A program made the translations under genes and the position numbers. Of a stretch of DNA of 43,566 nucleotides, positions 24,201 to 36,760 are shown piece after piece; positions within the stretch are counted from its first letter, which is position 1, and each line of letters starts with the position of its first letter. The notes below the pieces were generated by a model. That model saw nothing but the letters and a program-made list of their open reading frames with translations. It was not told the origin of the DNA and did not search any database. Source of the DNA: Halocafeteria seosinensis (Eukaryota); NCBI GenBank assembly GCA_001687465.1, contig LVLI01000953.1, positions 1 to 43,566 on the forward strand. The letters run 5' to 3'.

Positions 24201-27200
24201 GGAGAGGCCACGGATGAAGTGTATGTGACTGTGCAAGAGCGAAATCGACCTCCGCGAATACAAGAACCTCTCCCGGTATTGCATGTGGTAGAAGGGGCTA
24301 GTAAGGGAACTCCAGTCGGAACGAAAGACGACCCCGATCGCAGCGAGTTTAAGACTATCGTGCAGGATGAGTTTGTGACAGATCCTGACTCTGACGAAAC
24401 TACTGTTTCAAAAGGCAGTTGTTCCCTCGATACCGCCTGCGAAGTCTTCACTGTGTCCAAAGATGGGAAGGTCACAGTAAAGGATCCCACGTATCTGGAT
24501 CACGACAAAGCAGGAACGCTTCCAAACTTCTTGCCCGTGGTTTATAGTGATGGTGTATCGGGGAGTACTTCAGCTGCCTTGGAGATATATGTGGAGGAGC
24601 TACGAGAAGCTCCTGTCATAACTACAACCGCCTTCGAAGTAAAGGAACAAACCACTGGGGTAATCGGTCAGCTGTCAGGCGAAGACAATCATGGGGACGA
24701 GTTCGAGTATTTCTTAGTAGATGCCATTAATAACCGTGGGGCTGATGAGTCTCGCATCTCCTTGAACAAGAATCAGATCGTTGTTGACAGTGGTGGGTTC
24801 AATACGGTGCGATGTACAAGCGCAGGCTGCAAAAATTGTAAACCGTACGACGAGTGGATAAAATTGACAGTGCAAGCGAAAGTGACGAACAATGATGATT
24901 CGATGCCAGGTCCTACTATGTCAGAAAAGACAGAAGTACAAATCGATGTTCAGTCGATTTCGAAGGCTCCGAGATTTATTGAACCATCTAGAAACCTAAC
25001 TATGCAGGAAGAAACTTCCAATGAAAAAATTGACCTATCCCCCTTATTTTGCGACATCGATGGAGGCTTAATCCTCTACGAAATAAGTCGTGTCGAGGGA
25101 CCGACAGGTCAAGCTCCATCTGCGACACAATTCTCCATAGATGAACGGTCAGGACTTCTTTCTCTCAATGAGCCCTTGGACTATGAGAATGCAAATAAGT
25201 ATATCTTCAGGATGAAGGCAATTAATGCGGGTGCACCGCATAAATTTGCGAACGTTTCATTCAACTTGTTCGTTGTTGATGTTCCTGAGCCTCCGAGGAT
25301 TATAACAAAGTCAGTAGAGATCAACGAAGGAAGTGACCATACGACGGGCACGCTTGCTCGGTTAGAAGTAAAGGACAGGGACATATATGCTGGAACTGAA
25401 CGTCCATATTCCTCTACCCCGGCTGCGTTTAAGTTTGAGCAGGTATCGCAACTTGACACGCTTCATGTCAATCAGAGTACTGGTGAACTCAGTGTTCATG
25501 CTGGCCATGTTATTGACTATGAACCTCTGTATCCGGATCCGGGTCTAGAGCTGCAGTTAAGAGTGAAAGACACGCGGAACAATGTATCGTCTGCGGTCAC
25601 TCGTGTGCTAATAGAGGTTCAAGACGTTACCGAGGCTCCCTTCTTTTCCCCACCGGAACAAGACTTTACTATGGATGTCGTTCGGCAGGGGGAAATCCTG
25701 GGGACCGTTGATGCTTCTGATTATGATATTGACGACTCTATTACGTATCGGCTTATAGACAGTCCCCCCTTCGTGCAGATAAAAGAGACTAGCGGACTCC
25801 TGCTACCGATTCCAGAACTAGGCAACAGCTCCAGTGGTGGTTCAATCGACTTTGGTGTTGAGGTAGGTGACACTTTGCAACTAACCGTGGAGATCCGTGA
25901 TACTTATAATCTAACGTCTGTTGGCACCCACACTATACGCGTGGTAGAAAATCAAGCTCCCCCGCGTTGGATAGGGTCTTTCTATGAGCACTTCAGTGAA
26001 AACCTGGTATATCAACTCAATGTACCGGAACGTCATAACGGAGTCGTCAATAATTTCAGACTAAGATGCGAAGATCCGAATGGAGGGAACGTTCAGTTTA
26101 GTGTCCAAACGACGAGTCCTCGTGAATTTTCCTCCTTACTCCGCCTCTTGCCTAGCACTGGTCAACTGGAAGTGCCTGATCCGGATGCACTCGATCTGTA
26201 CAAATTGGAGCATCACCATGGCATTCTGAATGTGATTTGCTCCGATAGCACGAACAAACAGTCTCCAGTCGGCAAACTTAATGTGTCAATAAGCGATACA
26301 CCACAAGCACCTAACTTTCGTGATGCCCCCTTGGACCCTGTACTGGCGATTCAGGAGGACGCCAACGAGGGTATACCAGTGGCCACAGTCAAGGCATTTG
26401 ATCCTGACGAACACAGCGCATACCACCTGGCGTTCAACATGGCCTTTGAAGACGGTCCAAGCGACCAACCTGCTCCTTTGACTGCTACCGACCCTGTGTT
26501 TGAAACCGACGGGCATGTTGCGTTCGCTAACCTGACACTTGCAGTGTCACTCAATTACAACAGGCAACATTTCTATCGTTTGAATGTCTCAGTTAATGAC
26601 CAGACGGGATTGATTGATAGTATGATTTATGAACTGCACGTCGAGTTCGTGAATACTGCACCCTCATTCGACCAAGACGTGTATGTAGTAAGTGTTAGGG
26701 AAGACGTGGAGGAGAGTGTCCCTATTAAGTCAGCCTTCACATTTTCGGACCGAACGCCTTTTGATCGCCAAGTCGAGTACAGTTATGAGGTTTTGTGGAG
26801 TGACGAGCCAGGACTGTTTACGTTCGTCGGTCACGACTTGTCACTAGCCCCAGGACGAAGCATGAATTATGAGGTGCAACCCATTCATTACGCACGGGTT
26901 CAAATTATTGACGAGGGAGGCTTAACCGACGAAGCCAACATCACCGTGCATCTCACCGATGTCAATGACATAAATGTAGAGGAATTCCGGAGTCCTTCTT
27001 TAGCGACACGTGGTGGCAACAAAGTACACTTCATTGGAAGGGAAATGGGGCCAATATGGCGTGAAGCTCAAGTCCGAGCTGAGCTTCAAAGTAGCGATGG
27101 ACTCTTCTATGCAAATGCGGATTGTCAAAGACGGCAAAATGGCTCCCAATGGATTAACACGGAAGTCGAATGCCAAGCTCCGGAGGGCATCGGTAAACGC

Positions 27201-27297
27201 TTGCGTTGGACGCTTCATATCGATGCGCATACTTACTCTACGCTTAAGCTCAGTTCATCGTACGCGAAGCCGCAGTTAAACGAATTATCTTCATGGC
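21269..27297 (+). repeat. Copy 1 of a recent tandem segmental duplication (partner 37402 to window end)
   Basis: Direct alignment with offsets of about 16.12 kb (5' part) and 16,270/16,269 (3' part). Coding parts are nearly identical; the upstream non-coding part carries small indels. Confidence 0.95.
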
Positions 27298-30200
27298 CTC
27301 AAGAGGCGAGTACGACAGGTGGTCAACTATTCAAGATCACTGGTGAAAATCTTGGCCCTCAAATACTCACCGATATTAATGGGAACAGAAGGAATACCTC
27401 CGTCTCTGTCCGATATCGCAATAGCGCAGGCGACGAACTCGAAAGTGGTCAGTGCCAAATTACATCGGCACATAGCGAGGTTTCTTGTTTTACGAGTGAA
27501 GGAACGGGTGGCTCCCTTGAGTTTAAACTGCGAGTTGGACCCGAATCCAGCAATTGGCTCCAGGAGACCCAGTGGTTGGTTCCCCTCAATGATACACAAT
27601 ATGCTTCACCAGAAATCCAAGCTATGCGGACCTTGATGAGCAAGTTCCCAACGACTGGCGTCAATGAAGCGATGCAATTGATTGGACAAAATTTCGGCCC
27701 TAGACAAACGAAGATAGATGCTATCATGTCGAATGACAAGTATACGTTGCGTGTTGCATGCCCTACCGGGAAGCATAATCACACAGTGGCAACATGCGAT
27801 ATTCCAGCGGGAGTGGGTGAAGGGTACGTCTTTACCGTTACTGTCTCTGGTCTGGAATCGGAATCAAGTGGTGAAGTCTACACGTTTTCCTACGACCCTC
27901 CAAGTATCAAAGCCATAACAGATATTCAAGGTGGCCCACCTGTCAACCTCGACACGAAAGGAGACGAGCTTGTTGTAATAACGGGGTCCAACTTTGGACC
28001 CTTGTGGAGCTACAACCTCCCCATTAAGACACTCTATGGCGCAGAATTCGAGTATCTTGCAGAAGATTGCACGCTTGCTTCTGAACATACTGTGATTGAA
28101 TGTTCCACTGTCGAAGGTGTCGGCAATAATCATAAATGGAAAGTAATTGTTGGCGACCAAGCTTCCAATATCATGAAAGATGTCAGTAACTATCATCCAC
28201 CCATTGTTGGGACGTATCGCCGTGGGTTGCTTGAGCCAATAGGAGAGGGTACTGCTAATTTCAATACGGAGGGCGAGGATGAAGTAATAATTGGCGGCAG
28301 TTTCTTTGGGCCTTCAGAGACTGTGCCAGACAAGGTTGTCTACGGACAGGGGAATGAGACGTTTCATGCACAGGACTGCAAAGTCGTTGATCATGACAAC
28401 CTGCGTTGTTTTACAGCCCCAGGAGCTGGTGATGACCATTTTTGGACTGTCATTATAGCCGGCCAGCAATCCGAAGTATCTACTACAGGGTACGGTCCTC
28501 CGGAAATTTTAGATTTCCAGGGAGTCGATGGGTCGGACCCACAAGCCTTGAATACACTTGGCGGAGATACCATCGATATCGTGGGCACCAACTTTGGGCC
28601 ATCGGCAAATTCGAGTAACTTCTTGGAGAAGGTTACTTTCGGTCCCCGTGGCAATGAATTTGAAGCCCAGCCATGTGAAGTGGTTTCTCATCACAGAATT
28701 CGTTGCACGGTGGGCCAAGGCAGCGGTAGTCAACACCGTTGGATCGTGAAAGTGGCTGGGCAACGCAGCAGAACGAGTCCAAAGTTTACAAATTTCGCCA
28801 GTCCTACAATTGAGGTAATCTCTCCGGGGAACGGTCCAACCGGATATAACGTAACAGGGGGTTCCATGCCGCGGATTGAGTTGCGCGGATATCATTTCGG
28901 AGTGAATCTTCTTCAAGATGTGGATGTTTCTGTGCTTTTTGATGCCACAGGGCGATTTCCGCGCCTGTACGAATCCGAGGACGCAAACATTACGTCTATA
29001 CTCGGTGAGTTCTTCGACGTACAGCAGTTACATCCATTGGACTTTGTACAGAAAGTCGGCTCTAAGAATCTTGATGGAGATGCTCTTAACCTGTGGCTAG
29101 ATACGATCCACGAGATTCCTGTTGATTCCTCCATGATCGAATGGTTGTCCAAAAATTCCGAGGCTCAGAAGATTGCGTTCACTCTTCCCGAAGGATTTGG
29201 GGCTCACCGGCCGGTAATGGTCAAAGTTGGGGGGAAAATATCGCATCCGGCGTGGTTTGGCTATGACCCACCTCGGATAAGAAACGTAGCCCCGAGTGTC
29301 CCTACGGGAGGCTCGTTTGAGATTGTTATCGACGGAGAGAACTTCTGTGGTGGACGCTCTTGCAAGAGCGTTGAATGTTGCGGAACAGTGTATGTTGATG
29401 GAGACGTTGTGGATGTGGCCGATCACCGATATTCCCATGACCAGATTAGAGCAACAATACCAAATGAAAACACGGAACAACATGTTCTTCAGGTCCACGT
29501 AACGGGTCAGACCTCAGCCTCTGCTGAACGAACCTTTGGTGCCATAGCTCCAAGCATCGCAGGTCAAGAGAAGTTCAAGGCATGGCCCGAGTTCAATACT
29601 ACAGGTGGTGAAGAATTGACCTTATTCAACATCCGCGGCGTGACCGGTGGAACTCAGGCGCAGGATCTCTCAATTACAGTGGGAGAGAGGCCCTGTGACA
29701 TAAAGGGTGACCTAAGTTTGGTGCAGAGAGACAGTGGTATTTGGGAGGCCAATGTGACTTGTTCGACGCCCGAGAACGTTGGAAAAGATTTATCCGTCAA
29801 CGTGGAGATCTCCGGAGTGTCCTCACCCGATCAACAATTCTCGATTAGCTACGCTTCTCCCACTGTATGTTTGATACAATTGGCGCCCGACAATCTCGAG
29901 AATGTCGTCCACGTTAGTAAGGCTCCGGAGTGCGACTTAGTTTTCAATGGCCGTGAGGTATCAGCCACGGAAAACAAGTTGCCTACGGAGGGGGGTGAAC
30001 TATTGATAGAAGGGCGCAACTTCGGTTCGAGTTTTCTTGGTATGGAGGCCGTTTTGGACATCGCAGGAATTGGAACGATCAACATTACAGAGCACACGCA
30101 TCATAAGATTCGAGCGATCCTTCCCGAAGGTTCAGGAAAAGATTTAGTTGGAAGCTTCTTCGTTCGTGATGCGCGCAATACTGATATTTTCGAGATTAGT

Positions 30201-33200
30201 TTCAATCCTCCCTCTATTGACGATATAACCCCTGGCTCCATTCCCACTTTGATTGATCCTGCCACAGACACAATAACTGTCCACGGGAATGACTTTGGTC
30301 CAGGCGGAGACGAGGTGTCGGTGCTAATCTCCGGCAAGACATGTGAGGTGGTTCACTCGGACCATCAAGACATCACATGTGTTCCCCCTAATGGTCAAGG
30401 AGATGAAATCGAGGTGCAAGTTCAGGTGTCATCACAAATGGATTCACGAGTGGGCATTCTGCAGTATAAGCCTGCCGCTATGGAAAGCATTTCCACTAAG
30501 TCAGGAGAGCATCCGACGTCAGGTCTGGATGAAGACGACAATCCCATCGAGGTCGTCATCACTGGACAAAATTTCGGGACCGAAGGAAGTGTATGCTTTA
30601 GAAAGCAAAGCGGTGAATGTTCGCACGTGATCGAGGAACTGGATCTGAACCACACTTTCGCCGTCTTCCAGTTACCCCAAGGGTACGGAGAATATGAGGT
30701 AGAGGTCCATGTTGATGGATGGAGTGACGCAGAATCAGGAGTAGAATCAACTCAACAGTTTAAATACGACCCACCAGAAGTTCATGACGTTCGCCGGATG
30801 GAATCTGCTCTCTCGTCTAACCGCGATTGTACCCCCTTCTCGCGATGCTTTCAAGGTGACGGAGATGAAGAGCAGTGTGTGATGGAGCATCCTCAATGTT
30901 TCCCTACTGTTGGTGGTGTGCCGATCATGTTGAAAGGCAAGAACTTTGGGCCGGACTATTCAGTCGTGCAACCAAAGATTGATGGTGAAGCTTGTCAGAT
31001 GGAACCTCAGCACGAGAGCGAAATGACCCACAACGAGGTCTATTGTACGCTTCCCGGAGGAGTAGGTACTGATATAAACGCTGCGGTAACAGTTGGCGAC
31101 GCTGAGTCTAGCGTGACAACAACGTTCTCCTACGATCCACCCCGAGTGGATACTGTCCGACCAAACGTTCCTAATGCGGAAGGGGAAACGATCATTATAA
31201 CGGGGCAGAACTTCAGTCCGGGTGGCTCTAGCAGGAATGTGAGGGTATTGGTTGGAGATCTTCCGTGCTTGAATCCACTGGTAGAGGATGATACTACGAT
31301 ATCGTGTTCCACACAGGCTGACGTCGTAGGTTCCAAGAGTATTAACCTTACTGTCGCCGAACGGGAAGTATTCTTCCCGAAGTGGAGAGACTTTATCATT
31401 GCAAAATGCGAGCAACACTGGTATGGTCTCAAAGGCGAGGAGTGTCTGCATTGTCCTAAGGAAGAAATCGGAGCTGTTTGTCCCGGTGGTGAATTGGAAA
31501 GAGATCTAATCTATGCAGATGAGGGCTTTTGGCGAGTGAACGATTCCACTCCCTCCGATCGATGCCACGAAAAACGGCAAGACAGGAAACAGTGTCCTGT
31601 CTTCCTTGGATGCATTCCGCAATTTGCGTGCTTAGGCAACAACACTTGCGCGGAAGGGTATACCTCGACTCGATGCAGCCAGTGTGTGGATGGGACTCAT
31701 TTCCGCATGAATGGAGAATGTGTAAAATGTCCTGAACACGCCTGGCTCCTCGGAGTAATGTTTGTCATGGCTGCTATGGGGGCTACGGTTGGAGGCTATT
31801 TGATCAATGCGAAGCAAATCCAATTGGCAGCATTCACGATCGGGCTTGACTATTTCCAAGTTGTGGCAAATTTTGCTCGTACGCGAGTGGACTGGCCGTC
31901 CTCAGTGGAGCGAGTGCTACAGATCCTATCACTGTTCAATTTTAACTTGGAGCTGGCGGCCCCGGAATGCTATGTTCAGCCACCACCTCCTTATGAGGTC
32001 CGTTGGATTACAATGATGGCTGTTCCCTTAGCTGCGGCATCTCTACTTGCGGTCGTGTACGTGGTACACTATCTATATAAACTACTCATCTTGAAACGCC
32101 CCGCACAGAAGCGTCACACACATATGCATGCTTTGATTGCCACATTAATTATCATCATGTATGTGCTTTACTTGTTCCTCTCGCGGATGACCCTGGATGT
32201 TTTTAACTGCGTTCCCGCTGATCCTCCGGATGGCAACCTCTACATGTCGGGAAATACGAATATTATTTGTGGTGAATCAGACGTACACGTCAACTTACTA
32301 CTTCCTTTGGCACTGGTCTCATTTGTCGTATACGTTGGTTTATTCCCCGTGGGCTCGTTCTTGTTCTTAAAGAGGAACAAACAGAGGGCAAAACACGATC
32401 AGATTCTTCGAGCCCATTGTCAGGGAAAATCCCCGTTGACCAACCCAAATTACGTCTTCCGGCGCAGATATCAGCGTCTCTATTATCTCTTCAAACCTGG
32501 AAAATGGTATTGGATAACCCTCATCTTGCTTCGCAAACTTCTAATTGCCTTGACAGCTTTGATGTTCCGCAGTACACCAACGTACCAGTTGGGGATGTCG
32601 TTACTTGTAATCTTCGCGGCGTTTACACTTCAGATTCGACATGAACCGTACATGAGCCGAAGTCAATACGAGGAAGTCCTCGAGGAACACCGTCGGAAGG
32701 TTGCGGAAGGGGATGAAATGCATATGCAAATCCAGGCGGTTATTGATGCCACCGATGAAAAGAGTGCAAAGGCCGCGAAGAAAGCAATCACAATGTACAG
32801 CGATTTGGAGGATGCGCGTAACGGAATTCCTGTTTCAGAACCATTGGTCCGTTTGCTAGCCGACTACAACGTAGTTGAGTCGTTGTTGCTGGGAAGTGCG
32901 TTGTTGGTGAGTCTAGCCGGTATTATGCTTCTCTCTGGCCGTTTCGAGGGAGAAGAAAAAGATCAAAATAGGGGAGAATATGAAACGCTTGGGGTACTGA
33001 CCGTGTTAGTTATTGTCTGCAGCTGTGTATATTTCCTCCTCGTCTTTATCTTCGAACTATTAAGCACGTTCCGGCCCAAGACTGCTCTCATGATAACCTC
33101 AAAGCTATCTTGTGGGAAGAAGGTAAAGGCTCACAGTGTTGAAGGTGTGCGAAAGCCACGACGCTCGGTATCTTCTGGCAGCGGCCGACGATCACTTTCT

Positions 33201-33716
33201 ACTACTACGGATGATGACGAAACCTACGATGCTCAAATAAATCCTCTGGCATTGACCCAACACATAACCTCCCCTAAAGAGACCGAGTCGCCGAGCGTAC
33301 AAAATGATGAAGCTGACCTAAGGAAGCGTTTGGAAGACGCAAGAGAGGAAATTCGTAGGTTGCGGAAGCAGGAAAATGTTGGAAACGTCAGAAACCAAAA
33401 CGAATCAGAACAGAAACGTGATTTTTTACAATATCGGCCGACTGGATGGAGTAATAGACGAATGTTTAATCCAATTACTGCTAACTCCGCTGAATCACCT
33501 CAGTCGTCCCGTAACGGCAAAGAATCATGGAAGACACGAGAAGAACCCTCACAGCTGAGTAGAGGAAGTTTTTCGTCGAAATCTCTCAAAGCTGCCTCCT
33601 TCCGTGCTCGCAGGGCTTCGTCCGGAAGAAGTCTAGACTCTGATGCAGCTCCGTCGTCTCTGCGAGCAAAAAGGGATACAGCTTCGGGTTCTATTGAAGA
33701 CGAAAAGTACAAGTAA
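21927..33716 (+). CDS. Giant cell-surface protein of nonagonal-cadherin type, about 3884 aa: signal peptide, Cys-rich repeats, cadherin repeats, IPT/TIG repeats, Cys-rich region, 9 TM, cytoplasmic tail
   Basis: Introns 22110-22183 and 22434-22494 attach a signal-peptide exon (alternative ATG at 21945, MKLSSAVGLLTISAYLVKTVAA). CxxCPxG repeats follow, then cadherin motifs (DPDGD, LDYE, DVPEPP, DVND; about 23450-26970), repeated ITGxNFG/YxxP IPT units (about 26980-31400) and nine hydrophobic helices (about 31740-33065). Confidence 0.9.
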
Positions 33717-33919
33717 GCGTTGTGCAAAGCTGCCTGTGTAGACGTGTTCTGTACAGACAATATACAAGGCTTCATTTTACATTTCAAACTCTAGCTGTGT
33801 AATGCCGTCTAGAAATCCACGGGGTTGGTGGGTGGCGTTAAAAAGCGAATAACAATGGTTAGTAGGGGAAACGAGTGCGACTGCGAGGATCGAAGGAAGG
33901 TTACCTCGAGTTTGATGCG

Positions 33920-34850
33920 AATGAAATATTTGATGGTGGATGACAGAATGGGGGCATGCTACATTTGAACGGAATAACAGACTTCGAAGGATTGTTAAAG
34001 ATACAAATATATGTAACTGTTGTCGTTTCATGAAGCCCCGTTGATTGGGACTCTTGATGTTAGGAATAGATCAACCGCAGAAAAGGGTAAATTCATTGTC
34101 CAACAACAGCAGAAATTTTTATTATAGAGTCATGTAGCTCATCAGGAGATATGGAAAGCTCCAGGGGCGGTATATTTGGTTTTTAAAGTGGTAATATCGA
34201 ATTTGTATTCGAAGCCCTTCGAGCACCTGATGCTATTGCAGGACACCAAGTAGGTTATAACTGTGGTATTGTCAATATCACGGGTTATTCCACTGGAAAT
34301 ATTGAAGGAGGATGGGCAGGTGCTATTTCTGGTAATACACTACACGCACCTGCTGGTTACGCGAATGGTCAAGTGTGTACGTCCTTTGTTCCTGTTCCAT
34401 AGCGAGATATTCTTGGCTCATGGAGTGATGGTATTGTGGTCATACCAACGGCTTTGTTTATATTAAGGAATGCTAAAGTATGGGACACATAGCTGCAGAT
34501 TACGGTGAAGGAATTACTAGTACAGTGGTCGTGACACAGCAGAGAAAAATGTTGAAGTACATGTATACACAAGGAGACATTCGTGGCCAACAAACAGAAG
34601 GTAGTACAGGATCCCAGTCAGGAGGGCATCCAGGCTCGTTGACACATGAATACATATGCATCAGAAATAGTCACTGGTACGGATGCTTGTGGGATTATTG
34701 GAACTATATTGCATGAAACCAGTGGTACTACATACTGTATCCAAGCAAAATACCCTGTATACAATGGCACTGGAGGAACAGTGTCAATCATAGGAATGGA
34801 TACTGGTAACAAGCTTTCGAAGACAGGAAATTCGGATGATTTGACAGGCA
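33920..34850 (+). pseudogene. Decayed gene for a GLUG-like glycine-rich repeat protein
   Basis: Frameshifted and stop-containing fragments: NEIFDGG, LNGITDFEGLLKI, FIVQQQQKF/IIESCSSSGDMESSRGGIFG, GIVNITGYSTGNIEGGWAGAISG, YTQGDIRGQQ, DACGIIG. The recurring pattern is (C)YSxGxI..GGIxG. Confidence 0.5.
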
Positions 34851-34899
34851 TTCATGGGCAGCTGTCCCATCAACGATGGTCACACGTTTTTCTCCAATC

Positions 34900-36760
34900 T
34901 AGAGCCCGAAGAAGAGTAGAATCTGGCCATTGTACACTTTTAAGTACCACAATCATCTCCCGCTTCCTCCACTCCACCTCCCTCAACGACAGTGACAAGA
35001 TTGGACTCTCCTTCAAGGCTTTAACTACAGTGCTACTCCATCGTTATCGCCGAGCCAAAGAGGACTCCAACCGCAAGTGCGGATTCCACAATACGTTCGA
35101 CTGTACTGTCTATATTGTACAATTGTACCATTGTAAATACTGTTGTGCACCGTATATGGCTACAGAAAAACTATGGACTCACGCATCTATTGCAAGTGAT
35201 CACACGTCCTCTCAGCAACATGGCAACGTAAAGCAGATTCCTTATAGCGCATTTCAGCTGGCCTATGAAATGGCGCCTTCGGTGACGTGTACACTTGAAC
35301 TGCAAGTAGGATACAGTTTTCTTTGAGCCGGTTAATGTAGGCGGATGAGTGCTTTCTTTGCAGACAAGACCATACGGGACAAAGTGGTGAATTTTCTTTC
35401 TCCAGGGTCGTCCCTGTCAGCCAGTCTCGTGTCCATCGTCAAGAACCTTGGGTGTGAAATCCCAGGGGCCAACGAAGAAATTTGATTTGTTTCTACGGTG
35501 TCATTTGCTCCCAAAACAACGTCCTCGAACACCCTTTGGGCTGTGTTCAGTAGTGACGCATGTCATATAACTTCGAAGGCAGGAATGGCACACTTGACAT
35601 TCGGTCATTCCGCTTACAAAAACGCAGTGCTGGTTGCTGGTTGCTGTGACGTTTCAGCTGTATAACAAGTCTACACAGTCGTGGGAAAAAGCTTTCGACT
35701 TCCTAAAACACGCACATCCCGACATTGACAGCCCAGAAAAACGCTCTTGATGGATGGCCAAAAAGGTGAAGCCAAAGCGTTATAAGTCACCTTTTCTGAC
35801 TTAACACCATTTATCTGCTCGAATTACAGAGCTGGCAATTTTGTGAGCAACTTTGGCAGAGTAGGGCACCAGATAAAGAAGCTGCATCAAGAGACAGTGC
35901 TCGCTTGTAACCAACATAAGTGTGAATTACAGAGCTGGCAATTTTGTGAGCAACTTTGGCAGAGTAGGGCACCAGATAAAGAAGCTGCATCAAGAGACAG
36001 TGCTAAGTGATGTAGACGTGTAAACATGGCTCTGCTGTTACTTCCGGTTTGCCGCAAGTGAAGTGCATATCTTGGAAAGATACAGTTCGGGTATTCTTGT
36101 GTTAGTAACGCGAACAGTTGCTAGGTCGCTGTTGAGCGTCAGCACCTCTGCAGTTCCCGCATATTTGCAACGCTGCTGCCTTAGTTTCTCAAGGATTTCT
36201 TTCCCAAACGGACTCAGCACGTCGCTATTATTGAGTTCGCGTGCTACTTGCTTCTGGTGGCTGACAAAGCGCCCTTTTCCGCTGTGAACAAGGCTCACCA
36301 TTGCTTAACACAGCTGACACAGCCTGACAGCCTCGAACCCCATCACTGCTTGGTTCATACTGTCTACTAGCTGGGTAGTACGGCGGCCGATCATTTCTAT
36401 GCCGCCCCAACCATTACGGTTTTGAGGTTTGAAGAGGAACTGGCATGCTGGTGGAAATTTCATTAGTTTGTGGAACTGGCTTCCTTGGGCTGTCCTCCGA
36501 CATCGTTACTTCCACGTTTCAACATGGAAGGAACAGTTCCCTTTGGATGCATCATTTGAGACTGTCGAATACCGGGAAGTTAAAGCAAAGAAAGACGATA
36601 TTGATCCGGGGCTAATGCTGTCAGTAGTGAGGCCGAATCAGAGCGGCTGCCCACGGAATAATAAGCGGATTCGAAACGCTGTTGAGCAGACACTGTCCAA
36701 TGTTTTCGTTGTGGCAGAAAGGGTCATAACAAGAGGAGCAGGCATTGCCCTTGCAGGCAA
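34900..36760 (+). mobile_element. Degenerate Mutator-like (MULE) transposase relic with SWIM-like region and CCHC knuckle; contains an internal inversion and a duplication
   Basis: AVFSSDACH (Asp at 35555), SWEKAFDFLKHAHP, LLMDGQKG (Asp at 35753), FICSNYRAGN, GRRTTQLVDSMN (on - strand), YFHVSTWKEQF, SGCPRNNKRI, CFRCGRKGHNKRSRHC (from 36701). Many stops and frameshifts; no TIR or TSD found, so the ends are approximate. Confidence 0.75.
35821..36004. repeat. Exact 81-bp direct repeat (35821-35901 and 35924-36004) with a 22-bp spacer
   Basis: gaattacagagctggc...gagacagtgct occurs twice with no mismatch seen. Confidence 0.95.

Noticed and set aside
22461..33787. Many short antisense and off-frame ORFs within the cadherin gene
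   Set aside because: Expected shadows of a long coding exon; none shows a domain signature.
35821..36004. CRISPR-like repeat-spacer-repeat
   Set aside because: Only two 81-bp units inside a transposase relic, eukaryotic context, no cas genes.
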